Part shown: piece after piece, positions 1-13,492 of the stretch
How the letters are laid out: each line of letters starts with the position of its first letter
Position numbering within the stretch: position 1 is the first letter of the stretch
Assembly (NCBI GenBank): GCA_021613535.1
Contig: CP075495.1
Location: 13,330,001-13,394,000 of the forward strand
Length of the DNA: 64,000 nucleotides
Direction: 5' to 3'
Origin: Adineta vaga
Taxonomy: Eukaryota; Animalia; Rotifera
Translations under genes and position numbers: made by a program
The notes under the pieces: model-generated
Told to the model about the DNA's origin: nothing
What the model saw: only the letters and a program-made list of their open reading frames with translations
Database searches by the model: none

Positions 1-3000
1 TTAGACAGATTTAATCAATAACATCAGTTAGATTGAATTTCATGTATTTGTATCGTCAGAAGAGAATTCTATCTACAACTATCTAATCTTATATCTTTGT
101 TCTCTAGTGAACCAATTCAATTTTCATCATTTGATCGTCAATATCATGACTACCTTGTTTTATCATCAGTCTATCCACTTTATCTCTGTTTAATTTATCG
201 TCAATGTTCTTGGATAATCAAAACTTTATTTATTCTAACTTGTTTATTAGTTCAATTAGTTCTTTTTGAATATATATGGTTAACAACAAATCTATATTTT
301 CCATCAATAAATCGTTTACATCATTATACAACATTTACATTGATTATATTTCATGGTATACTTTTAATTATTTCATCCTATGTTCGAGAATGGTTAGAAA
401 AAATCGATTTCGTCTGGCTTAAACAAGTTGATAATGAACGTTTAACGATTGTTCGACAACGTGATGAATTAGTTAAACAAACATCCGTATATTTTCCACA
501 ACGTGTTATTAATTATTATTTACGTATAGATTCTGAGACGGGTTTATCGCAACATTATCATCGAAAATATGATCGAATGGCTTTATTATATATGAATTTT
601 TCGTCAGTGAATATTGAACAACAATATATACTTATGGATTATTTGAATGATATTGAATATTTATTAAAAAATAATGAGAAATATATTCAAATTGTTATGC
701 ATAGAAAATCAACAATGAAAGAAATTATGTTTTCAATCGATACGAATACGGATGATTCAACAAAATCGATTCAACAATTAGTTGAACTTCTATTCCATTT
801 AGACGAACGTTTAAAACAGATTTCATCATCGACAATAAATCTTGCAGCTTGTTTACATATTGGTTGTGTACATGAAATTTTGATACATCTAGAAAATTAT
901 CCAAGAATTGATATTTGGAGTGAACAAATTGCACTTCTACAATTACTTATGACAAAAACACAAGTAAATCATTGTTTAACAACATCAGCTGTATATCATC
1001 AGTTAAATGAACTTTATCTATTTCGAACTGCTGGATCAGTTGTTAGTGGACAAATAAATAATACGCATATTTATTATTTACTTGGTCGTCTTATCGGAGA
1101 TAATGTCTTTCAGGTAAAAATACAATATTTAATCGTTGTTAAACATATTGTTAAGGTTGTATCTGATCCTAAAGGAAAAATAGTAATTTGTGACTTTATA
1201 GTCTAGACATTTAACACAAGAAAACAAGGTTTGAGGTGTATGTGTAGGGAATAGTATAATATTATAAAATTCCTGTGTAGGAAAAATAGTTCTACATCTT
1301 CCATTGTATCAATTGTTTTACTATGTAGAGCAAACAAACACATTTAGTAGATAATGAATTTTATTGTCCGAAATCGGTGATCAAGGTTTTCTTTTATATT
1401 CTTTGCCGTTTCATTATCGTTCGAAAAACTAAAAGTAAACAAACAAATCGACTCTAATATTTTCCGATCCAGTTCTATAATAATCCTATTTCTACTACCT
1501 ACTTTGAAGATCAAATATTTCTCGAATCATTTAGGGTCGTAATGCACTTCCATTAACAATTGGTCATACAAATATGGGTACTGTTCAAAAATCGTCCAGT
1601 ACAGATGATTCTCATCATTCACAATCATCACAATATCGTAGTAAATTGAATTCTCAAAAAGAAGATAATCATATACAAATGTCCACAACAACCACAAATA
1701 CAACTACAACATCATCATCTGGTATTCACAATGAACAACAAAGTCTCTTGAAACATCCATCATCACGAAAACATGTTCGAATATCGAATCATTTTCCAAC
1801 AATTGAAAATCCATCCTATCGTCAAACACTTTTACAAGCATTGAATGGTACAACTAACAATAATACTAATAATACTAATCAATCTCATCAAGAAATTAAT
1901 CCAATCAAAAAGATTTCGAATCGTTTAATTGCAAAAAAAGAATTATCACCATCAGTTTTAAAAGATTATGTACCACGAATGATTCATTTAAGTGATAATA
2001 GTTGTTGGTCATCAAGAGAAGCAATGACACCATCAGAAGCCAGTGGTAGTAAATGTTTAATATTAACACAACAAATGCTTAATGGATCAACAGGTATAAT
2101 CGATAATCTTTCTAATTTTCTAAATATTGCTTTCTTTATGTTTGCTATAGATGATAATAGCCGATGTAAATCTACACCACCACCGCCACAACCATTGTCA
2201 AGAGCTGTTGTATCAAATCGTAATTTATCAACAGAAAGAAAGAGTTTCACAGAAGAAGATTTTCGTCAATTACTTCACGAAAAATCGTCGAAAGAAATAA
2301 TCAATCCTTCTCGAAGTTTATCTACGACAAATGAAGAAACAGCTTCGTCTTTTTCTGGTTGGGATGATATACCACCATCACCAATACCAAGTATTAAATC
2401 GAATCATGTCATTATACAACAACAAGAATCAATTAAATCTTCACCAGCACAACCACCTATTATTGATTGTTATTATCCTCGTCGTCCATGTGATTTATCA
2501 TTTACAGTTAATATGACAACAACTGAAGATGATAGTAGTAGTCGTACGGATACAAAATCAACAGTTGTTCATTCACCAGCATCAACAGTTGCTACAATAA
2601 CTTCATCTATGCCACTTGCTCTTTCACCTCCCGTAAATATTGCTAAACCAGTTGTTGTTACTTCACAAACACCTTCACCATCGCAACCATTACAGAAACA
2701 ACCTGTTATGAGATATCGACCAATGCCATTTGATTTAGCACGTAAATTAGTTGCGGAAACATCTGAGAGTGCTCTTTCTGACATCTCTGTTGAACATCAA
2801 CATGATCCATGGACACAAAATATAGCTTATCAATCAAAACATCCACAAAGAACACGTCTTTCATCTAGTTATAATAATTTACAAGATCTTGTGCAAATAC
2901 ATGATGTATCAAAGTAAATATATTAACATCCTTTTCTTTTTTATAGTTCAAATACTTATCTATTCATTTATTCTATTTATAGATTTCTTCCAAAAGAAAC

Positions 3001-3676
3001 TCAATTATCATCAACAGCACAGAGCGATTTATTACAACGTTGGCTTGAAGATCAACTAACGTTATTTCGTCATCAAGTTAAACAAACACCACCGTCATCT
3101 GCGAGAAAAAATAAACGATTTTCAACGCATGTCATCATTCAAAATGATTCAACTGATGATGAATCAGAAACTATTAATGAAAATACTTTTAATGCTATAA
3201 CAAATGGATCAAATTTACCATTGAAACCTCGATCATCAACGAAACGTTCATATGATCATGTCAGATATAAATCGTTACGAAAAAATCCAACTCAAACTAC
3301 ATCTCATCTTATTCGACATGAATCACTCAAACATCGAAATCGACCATTATTATTCGAGCATACTTCTCAATTTAATAAAGTCACAGGAAATCATCATATA
3401 AATCATATGAAAAAACCTTCACGTCGAACGGATTCAGCTTCAATGCCTCGATCAGATTTAAGTGATATCTCATCATCTCGAGCAGATAATTTATCTGAAA
3501 GTGTTATATCAAATCTTGAATCGGAATATGATAATATTTATACTCAACCACAAAATTCAAATACAACGCCATCAATTATGACAAATTCACAGATTTTAAG
3601 TGATGATGATGACGATGATGATGAAACAACTTTAGCGACAACAATAGCAACATCGACAAATCGGTGTTACTTTTAG
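1..3676 (+). CDS. Degenerate adenylyl-cyclase-like membrane protein (TM helices, class III cyclase-homology domain, long Ser/Thr/Pro-rich tail); 5' part lies outside the window
   Basis: Exons ~7-1113, 1535-2093, 2151-2913 and 2983-3676 splice in frame via GT-AG introns. After the TM segments, 'YFPQRVINYYL...YHRKYDRMALLY...LAACLHIGCV...PRIDIWS...' follows the layout of the adenylyl cyclase C2 domain (ILPAHVA..HQSY..RVGINHGPV..PQYDIWG). Confidence 0.7.
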
Positions 3677-4006
3677 TTGATGATGTGTGCTTATGTGTGT
3701 TGTTGTAATTCTACTTGTTTTTTTTCTCGTTTTTTTCTATCATATTGTTGATGTGTCGTCATTAAAAGATAAAATAAATGTATGCGTGCTTAATGTAAAG
3801 ATTATTCATCTTATTGACGTCTATAACTAAAATGTGCGTCATCATTTTTATTTACACAATAACCACCCACACTTTTCCTTGTTTAGTTTTTATATTTAAA
3901 GCGATGCAAGCCATTTTTATTGCTTGCCATGACTCAACCAATGGGAAATTCGTCATTGACATGACGCGAGACATAATCCTTCCAGTCGTCAAAGGAAGAA
4001 GAAGTT

Positions 4007-4136
4007 AGTCAGCCAATCGAACAAGAGATGGAAGGATGTGATCAGATCATGATGCTATAAATCATAAGAATATAGTCTGCCAATCGAACAAGAAATGGAA
4101 AAGGTCATGATGCTTTAACCGACAAGAATACAGTCA
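4007..4136. repeat. Diverged direct repeat (~60-67 bp x2), each copy with a CCAAT box
   Basis: agtc(a/t)gccaatcgaacaaga(g/a)atggaa...tcatgatgct(a/t)taa..aagaata starts at 4007 and 4074; a (TA)n tract follows at ~4204-4220. Confidence 0.8.
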
Positions 4137-4464
4137 TTACTTGGAATAGCATTGTCAGAGTCAAGATCTATCTAATTTTAAGCAAAAGCATCACATTGCT
4201 TCCTATATATATATATATATACCAGAAATTCCGATTTCTTCCCTAGTCTTATGTTTCTTTGCTTAACATCAACGAGTGTCGACGTCTATATTTTCCAAGC
4301 ACAATTTTAGCTTTTTTCTTTCCAGACTTTGTTCTTTCTCCGACTTGATCATTGTTTCATCTAACTATCCAATCAAATCTTACTTATTGTAATTATTATT
4401 TAGATTTATTATAGAACATCTCGACTCTTCGATATTAACAAAAAGACCAAAATTCTAAGCAATA

Positions 4465-6561
4465 ATGGGCGCTTGCAAATCAAAACAATTCGGTTGTTGT
4501 ATTGCAATTGATAGTGATGAATCGATAATATTAGATAAACCAACAGGTAAAGAAACTCGTCATGGTCCTGGTTGGTTTTGTTTTCCAAATTGGTGGGAAG
4601 CTCAAGTTGTTAAATCTATCCCATTACAAAACAATCAATACCTTGTGATTAAACATGTTATTCTTCCCGAAAGCAATCGTAAATCACGATCAGAAGAAAT
4701 CGCTTTACAAAAACGTTCAACACTAAATGAGAATGATGAACTATTGAATGATCCAGATATGCAATTACTTGAAATTGTTCGTGGACCAAAAATTTATCAT
4801 ATAAATAATCCTTATGATCGTATTAGTGAAGTAAAATCTATGATAGATCTATCCGTTACACAATATATTATCGTCACGGATAAATTGACAGGAGCCAAAG
4901 CCATCGAATCAGGTCCGAAATTATTTTGTCCAAAACCGTATGATGTAGTTAGTGAGATTCACAATATGTACAATTTATCATCAACAGAATATATTATTGT
5001 AACTGATGAATCAAAAGGAGAAAAATTCACAGTTTTTGGTAAATCTTTATTAATAAATCTAATCATTTTTTTTTATTGGATATCAAACTATTTTCTAGGT
5101 CCAAAATTATTTTTACCTAGAGCTTATGATAAAGTATCGGCAATTTATAATTATATCGTTCTTAATCACGCACAATATTGTCGTATTATTGATACTCGTA
5201 CAGGTGTTATGCGTATTGAACGAGGTCCTCAAACATTTTCACTTGGACCATATGAAGCATTGAAAGAAGATAATCATCAAACTATCTTCAATATTATTAA
5301 TATCGATACAGAAAATGCAGTACTTGTTAAAAATCTTGATACGGGTATGGATGAATTAATAACAATTCCACAAAAATTTATTCCATCATTTACACAAACA
5401 TTTATTGAAATAAGAAAATTAATCAAACTAGCACCATGTAAGTGTTTCTTTCTAAAAACTAAAGAATGATTATTGATTTCGAATGAAATTAATCTAGATG
5501 AAAATATGATATTAATTGACAAGGATGGTCAACATATATTAAAAAATGGTTTGAAAGATAAATCATTTTTTCTCTATCCCTATCAACAAACTTATACTCA
5601 ACAATGGTCAAATGATCTAAAAAAAGATCATCAATCAACCTCAACTGTTAATCGTTTTGATACAAGAAATCAATGTAAACTAAAATTATTTTTCGAGATT
5701 TTTTTCTTTTTTTAAAATAATATTCTTTCTTTTTTCAATAAGATATGGATTATGAATTTCTTGTTCGTACGGCAGATAATGTTGAAATCATCCTTGATGT
5801 TTCTATCTTCTGGCAAATAACAGATTTATATAAACTTGTTCTTGTTACACAAGATCCTCCAGAAGATATTTGTAAGTCAAACTGATTACATAAAGTTCAC
5901 TTTTGTTTAAATTCATTGATGTATATTTCTAGGTAATCATACACGTTCGGAAATTTTAAGTCAAGTATCAAAATATAATATGAAAGAATTTATGGAATTA
6001 CCAAATAGTAAATTAATTGCTTCGGTTAATTCCGATAAAGATGATTCATTTTATGAATCTCGTGGTGTTAATGTTATACGCGTTGAAATCTTACAAAAAC
6101 GTTGTAAAGATCCGGAAATTCAAAAGATTTTCAAGCAAATTATTGACGAGAAAACTAATCGTATAAAAAATATTGAAAAACAAGAAGCAGAAAATGAAGT
6201 CAAATTACGTAATTTAAATGGTCAAATTGATGCTGAAAAATTAGTTGGAACATTATTGAAAATAAAGAAAGAAAATGAACGACAGGAAAATGTTGCTGAT
6301 GGTATTGCTGAGGGTAGTCGTATTCAAAATTTCATTGGTAATCTTGGCGAGGATATACCATTAGAAAAGAAATTACAAGTTTATTTTGATATACAAAATA
6401 CCAAACGTTTAGATTTGTTAGCACATTCAAATACAACTTTATATTTAACACCAAAAGAAGTTGATACGAAAGTTATCAATGTCAATACAATTCATCCAGT
6501 CAATGAATCAAACCAATCAACTCAATCACATATTCAAACCAGAATGAATATAGAAGTTTAA
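4465..6561 (+). CDS. Major-vault-protein-repeat / SPFH (band 7) domain protein with predicted N-terminal lipidation
   Basis: Exons 4465-5038, 5099-5437, 5498-5674, 5743-5871 and 5933-6561 are in frame. ~45-aa beta repeats (YIIVTDKLTGAKAIESGPKLFCPKPYD; YIIVTDESKGEKFTVFGPKLFLPRAYD; YCRIIDTRTGVMRIERGPQTFSLGPYE) precede an SPFH/shoulder-like 'VRTADNVEIILDVSIFWQI...DPPEDICNHTRSEILSQVS...RGVNVIRVEI' and a coiled coil. Starts MGACKS. Confidence 0.75.
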
Positions 6562-7115
6562 TGAAACAGAAAGAAAATTTACCTATTTCTCCTTTCTTAT
6601 GAAACAATTATCTTCTCATACCTTCTATTCGAATTCTTACTAGAAATAAACATAGTATTAATCAACAAAAATAAATCATGAAAAGAAGAATTCCCTAATC
6701 AGAATAACTTCCATGAAGAATACAATAGCAAAATATCGATACGAAACAGAGATATATAGATTCATACTCACATTCACCTATTAACGCAACATGGAACTTA
6801 TGTTGAAATCTATTTTTGTTTGCATTGAATTAGAAAGCAAAACTAGTTATTAGTAGTGCAATAATGAATATTGGAATGTTTACTGAATACTTCTCAATAC
6901 AAGAAAAACATCTAAAAATAAGAAATCTTCGATGAAATTTTTTTCTTTCTTCGTTCTCTTTTTATTTCAAATAAAATCATAAAAAATAAAACGAAAAAAA
7001 AAATAAAAACCTTGATCTTATACAAAAAAACGAAATCTTTTAGTTACACATATTTCTATCGAAAAACCCTACATTAACAAACGACTTCTATTCTACGAAT
7101 CTATCTAATTAAATC

Positions 7116-7431
7116 ATGACAAAAGAAGATTATAGAACGACGAAAGTTGATATCAGTAAGAAATAATTTGCATGTTCAGATATTTAACAGAATTTCTGCT
7201 TTCCTTTCCTGTAGAAGATGAATGTTATTGTTGTCAAGCACGTTTAACTGGTCAATCTATACAATTTGCTATACGCAGTTTTCCATTTCAAGATCCTCAA
7301 ATTTATAAACGACCATGTCTTATTTGTCATAATGTAATGTCTAGACAAATTCGACAAGTTAGACATAATAAGTCGAATTTGAATTGAAAAATAATAAATC
7401 AATCAATTAGCTTTTCTTTTTTCTATTTTGA
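7116..7431 (+). CDS. Small Cys-containing protein (~67-70 aa), unknown function
   Basis: ATG 7116; intron 7156-7214 (gtaag...gtag, 59 nt) keeps frame: MTKEDYRTTKVDIKDECYCCQARL...KRPCLICHNVMSRQIRQ. Ends at 7387 if unspliced or 7431 via a second intron. Confidence 0.55.
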
Positions 7432-7553
7432 AATAAATTTATATATATCCGTCCATCCATTTTCCTTTGATTCAAAATGATTGGAGGAACTTTCTAACAA
7501 ACCATAGAATTCTCCGAATGAAATCTATTGTCTGTCTTTTTATTTGAAATGAA

Positions 7554-9462
7554 ATGAACTGTTCTATTGAAACGAAAATATCATCGGGTGAAAAAATTGA
7601 TCATGATGAAGAAAATGCCAAATTAATTGTTTCAGAATTGATCGATTTACTTCAAGATGAACGAGCCTATCGAGATCTTGCTGTTGTTACTGAAATAACT
7701 AAAACTGTACAGTTACTTATCAGACAAAAGGATTGTAGAAGAAAAGAAGTCATCAATCATCCACAAGTAACTTTTTGATTTGACAATTACAAGAAAAACA
7801 AAAGGTAATTCATTCTTTCTAGTTGATCACATCGTTGGCTAAATTATTCAATACCGACAATGATCTTACATGTTTATTATCTAGTCTTTTTCATGATCTT
7901 TCTACTGAAGAAGACGGAATCCGATTATTATTGATCACGGGAATTATACCAATTCTTCTTCAAACACTTGAGTATATATATATATATATATGAAAAAGAT
8001 AATGACCTATTTATCAATTCATTTGAATATAGAGTGTTAAATGATGATGTCATCAATTTTATTCTTACGACGCTTCGTAATTGTCTTATTGGTTTAAATA
8101 CGGAATCGGGAGAAGAAATTCAAGCGCATAATGGTTGTATGATATTTATATCATTACTTATTCATCGTCATTCAGATAAACAAATGAATTTTCTTGCTGA
8201 TTGTTTATTACGTTTAGCAATGTTTAATAAAAACGCACAAGTAAATAGCAAAATAAAAAAAAACAAACTATATCGTTTATCTAAGAAATCTCTAAAAAAC
8301 AAAATCTTCTTTAGATCTATTTACAAACAAGTAAATTATTTCTTCAAGAATTAGTTTCGATTCTTGATGAAACAAATTATAATAAATTATCTTGTACATT
8401 AATACGAATGTTACCATTATTATCATCAAATATTCAAACTAAATCACTTCTTATACAATTTAATCTAATTTCAACTTTAGAAAAACTTTTACATTTAAAA
8501 ATTGATTCCAAAATTCAACGTTATTGTTTATTAACATTAAGAAATCTATCGAATGAAATTATTCATATGGTATTCAATTTCTTCTTTATTTCTACAATTT
8601 TCATTCGACTGTTTTTTAGGATATTTTTGATTCATTAATTCTTACATTAATACAATTACTTTCATCCGATGTTGATATACAAATCAAAGGTTATATTATT
8701 GATATTCTATCGAATTTATCATGTGAAAATCAAGCAAATAAATCTCTTATGATTCGAAATAATATCATTCATTTACTCGTACATATTCTTATTCAAATTG
8801 AGAATAGAGATGAAATGATTGAATCAATCGTGAGTGATATAAACATAAAGATCATTCTTAATTTACGAAGTCTTCTTTTTTTTTTTAGGTCTGTACTCTT
8901 CGACATCTCACAGGTCGATGTCCATTAGCACATCAAGCTCGTGAATCAATTCGAATGTACAATGTCATACCAATTCTTATAAAATATCTTCATTTAAAAG
9001 AATCTAATTGGTCATTACTAAAAGCTTGTATTGGTCTTATACGTAATTTAGCATTAGCATCGAATAATATGAAAATTTTATGTGAACATCGAACGATATG
9101 TAAAATAGGAAAATTATTTTTTCAAATGAAACATATTCCTGAACGTTATGAGATATTTGTTACAACTTTGTTTGTTTTTACTCAACAACAAGATGAGAAC
9201 TTTCAAGTGATCATCTATGATCAAATCATCAATTCAAATTGTATTGAAACACTTGTTCAAGTAGGAATCAATATATTAATCATGTCTATTTATATGTTCT
9301 ATTTTTCAGTTAGCAACAACGAATAATTGTGATCAAATTCAACAAATGTCAAAAACAATCATAGATGATATATGTCAATGTGGTGAACAGAATGACTATC
9401 GACAACGAATACGTGATATAGAAAAATCAATTAAAATAGCCCAATTTATACAATTTGATTGA
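7554..9462 (+). CDS. Divergent beta-catenin/plakoglobin-family armadillo-repeat protein
   Basis: Multi-exon gene. 'HDEENAKLIVSELIDLLQDE', 'CLLTLRNLS', 'ILSNLSCENQANK' and '[59 protein letters not shown]' match beta-catenin ARM repeats (CALRHLTSRH...[20 protein letters not shown]). Confidence 0.85.
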
Positions 9463-9865
9463 TTACTATAGGATACTTTCTTTTCTGTCATGTAAAAACG
9501 AAAAACGTATATTTATTGAAAATAAAATATGTCTCTCCTCCCCCAAATATCAATAGATTAAAGAGATAAATTTCAGTTTTCTAAATCTTCGAGGTTCGGA
9601 AATATTGAACAGAAAATCAGCGTCCTCTATTGTTGAAGATTGGTTTGATGAATTCTATTGGATGGGATGTTCTATCACCTGACTGTCAACAAATAAATAA
9701 AAAATAACAACAAAAAAATAGGATAGAAAAGCAAAAAAAAATACTTCTCTTCATTCAAATCGATCAAAAAAGAAAGAAAAAGAACAAATTATGTGAGATG
9801 GTTTCTTTATTTATGATTGAAATCATTCGTTTATCTTGTATATTCGTGTAAAATAACAATATATT

Positions 9866-12800
9866 ATGGCTAATGATTTACAACAACTTGCTTTGATAGA
9901 AAAAACTTCACATTTAAAGTAAATACATGAATAAAATAGTCATTTATTTCAGAGAAATTTATCTTTTGCTCCTTTCGTCATAGTTATTTACGTGATTTTC
10001 GCGTTGAACAATGTCAATTATTTCTTCAACATAAATGCACACAGTAAGAAAATAAATAATGATGATTTGATTGTTTTAAGACAAAAATAAAAATTTCATT
10101 TATAGACATCGTCCATTTTCATGTTTCTATTGGCATTTTCAAAATCAACGTCGTCGTCGTCCATTTCGTCGAAAAGATGGAACATTTTCATATGACCCTG
10201 ATTTTTATTGTAACGATTATGATGAACAAAGTGGTGTTTGTCTAAATGGTGACGAGTAAGTTTTACCATCCAATTCGTTGTTTGTTTGTTTTTTATACAA
10301 TTGATATCAATATTTGGTTCTTAGTTGTTTATTATTACATCGAAATGCAAATGATACAGAAAAACGTTATCATTTACGATATTATAAAACAGGCTTATGT
10401 ACACATGATTCAGATGCGAAAGGAAATTGTCTTAAAAATGGTCCACATTGCTCATCTGCTCATGGTGCCAATGATTTACGGCAACCCGTTCTTGACAGTC
10501 GAGAGCTTCAAAATAGTGATTTAGCTTTAGAAAGATTAGCACGTCTATGTATTAGTCTAGAAAATGAACGGGCTTTAAATGATGATCCAAAATGGAGTGG
10601 TAAGATGAAACGATCAATTTTATATGTATTAATATTCAAAATATCATTTAGATTCACATTATGTTCTGGCAAATTATAAAACTGAACCTTGTAAACGTCC
10701 ACCACGTTTATGTCGACAAGGTTATGCTTGTCCACAATATCATAATCCTCGTGATCGTCGACGTAATCCATCAATATTTAAATATAAGTAAGAATAAATG
10801 AAAAACAAAATTGCGATTTGATTTGAAACTATATCTAAAGATCAACACCATGTCCACATGTAAAACAAAGTGATGAATGGATTGATCCAACTGTATGTGA
10901 ATCTGGTGATAGCTGTAAATATTGTCATACTCGTACTGAACAGCAATTTCATCCTGAGGTTTGTTTGCTTCGTATTGTTTAGTATCAATCATTTTAAACA
11001 ATTTCTTTGTTGTAGATTTATAAATCAACTAAATGCAATGATGTTTCTGTTACTGGATATTGTCCACGTGGACCATTCTGTGCATTTGCTCATATAGAAC
11101 GTATGTATACTGAATTCAGCTTTATAAAGAAGATAGGATAATTTTGATTGAAAGAATTGAATAGTTCGAGAATACGAACGATTAAGTTGTTTTAATTTTT
11201 TTAGAAGAATTAAAATCTTACAGAGATTTTGATCTTCATTATACAAGTGAATTGCCCTTATCCTCATTTATACCAATACCCGAAGATAAAGAAGTTGACA
11301 TAATCGATGTAAGTTTTATCTAATCTTTATAAATTTCAAAATCGATTCTACAAATTCATTTTCTTAGACATTACGAAACATTCCAAAAAAATCTTCACAA
11401 TCATCTACATTTGAAGTTGGATCATATCCAGGTGCTACTATGAAAACACTGGAACAACATATAGCTAATACAAATGTAAATTAACGAATTTTTGTCATTC
11501 TTTTTTCCATAGTCTTTCTTTTGACTAGTCTCTTGTAACAAATTATTCTGGTAGTGGTTCATTTACTATTCAAGATATGGTTTCACATACATCACCTTCA
11601 TCATCACAACAACAGCTTTTTCGTCAATATTATCAGCCAACACCCACAACTTTACCATCACAAACACCATCGTCATCATCATTTCTTAATGATCAATTTC
11701 TTCTATCAGCTGCATTCGCTGCTAGTCATTCTTATCCTCCGCCATCATCATTTTTCTCAACACTTGCTGCATCAAATCTTCTTTCATCAATCAATGCTCA
11801 TATGCATTCAATATCACCTGAACAACAAATAACAGCAACAATAACAAATTTGAATGATAATTATGATCAACAATCCCTGCCAAACGATGTGAAAAATCTT
11901 ATTGGATCTTCCTTAACAGCTATTGGATTAGATAATGTAAATGAAGATGAATTTGATAAAGCAGCAACCAATGAACAAAATAGTGAACTTTTATTAATTG
12001 ATAATGATATTGAAAATTTTGAACGTTCAACAACACCTGCAACAAATAATACATCACCGACACATTTAACAACAATTTCTTCCTCATCATCAACAAATCC
12101 AATGACAAGACCAGTGAATATTCCACATTCATTCACACATGAACATTTTTCACATTCTTCATCGGCAAAATCACCATTCGATGCACCAAATCAATTATTT
12201 GATGGAACTTTAGAATCGGTATGTGATTGTGAAAAGAAAGTACGAATAAGAAGATGATAAAACGCAAATCATTATGAGTTATCGTCGTTGTAAATATTTC
12301 TTGTTCTCTTTTGAGTAGAATTCAAATCTTCTGAGAAAAATGCCAGAATACTATAAAAATAAATGTAAATTTTAATCTTTTCTAATGATGCTAATTCTAT
12401 CGAGGTTATCGTGTTTTTCCCGGAAATAGACTCTTGAGAATAATAAAACTTTCAATTTGATTCAAGTATTAAGTAAATAATGTATAAGTGCATGAATTAT
12501 TTGTAGACACAAACATACTAGAGAGGAGAATTCCGATTTGTTTTCATTAGCATTACAATCGAGAAAAAAAACGGAATGCAGGGAAAATATTTTGTTCTTA
12601 TTTCAAAATCCGATGAAGATCGAACATGATCGTTTGAATAATGTAAAGAGAAATATCGAATTGTCTATGATTTAATTTAGCCAATTGATACACCTTTTCC
12701 GGAACCGTCAACATCAAGTGGTGGTAGTCAACGTCCTGGCGAATTGTATAAAATGGCAGGTTTTAGTCAAGATCTTCCGACTTCAACACATCATTTTCAA

Positions 12801-13492
12801 TCAACATCGCCTCAATTGATATTTCAACGTCTTAGTACAACAAGTAATAATTCTTTATCACCTTCATCATCATCAACTGAAATGGATTTAATGCGTAATC
12901 GTGTTTTACAAATGCAAACATTAGCAATGACAGAAAAAGAGGTATGAAAACTTAACACAACGTTTTGAAGAAGAAAAAAAACGTTTGCTTTTTCTCTTCG
13001 GAAAAATTTAGTCATCAGAACATTGGCGTCGTGAAGCAGAAGATAATCGTCGACTAGCTCTTCAACTTGAACAAGAAAAGAATCGTATTATTCAACAACG
13101 TGATGATGCTTTTCATCAAATTGAACAAATGCGTCAATTATTTATTCACAATATGGGTCTATTACCAAATGATCATGATTTAATGCAATTAACACTTGAT
13201 GATGTACGAAGATTACAAGCACAACTTCAACAAGAATTATCAAAACTTTCATTAGTAAATCGAATTATCATTATTTATCTGCATATTTCTTCCATTCCTT
13301 TAGATTGAAAAGACTAAATCAAATCCAAATCAATCAACATCATCAACAATTCCTAATGTTACTTCGCCTGTCGTAACAACAACAACAACAACAACAACAA
13401 CTTCTTCACCTCGTCAAAAACAACAGAAACATCAATCGAACAAACATGTTTTAGTTTCATCATCATCATCATCATCATCGTCAAAACAATAA
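9866..13492 (+). CDS. UNK: Unkempt CCCH zinc-finger RNA-binding protein
   Basis: Spliced N-terminus YLRDFRVEQCQLFLQHKCTQHRPFSCFYWHFQNQRRRRP, then RYHLRYYKTGLC, YKTEPCKRPPRLCRQGYACPQYHN, CKYCHTRTEQQFHPEIYKSTKCND and GYCPRGPFCAFAH; low-complexity middle; C-terminal coiled coil. Confidence 0.95.
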
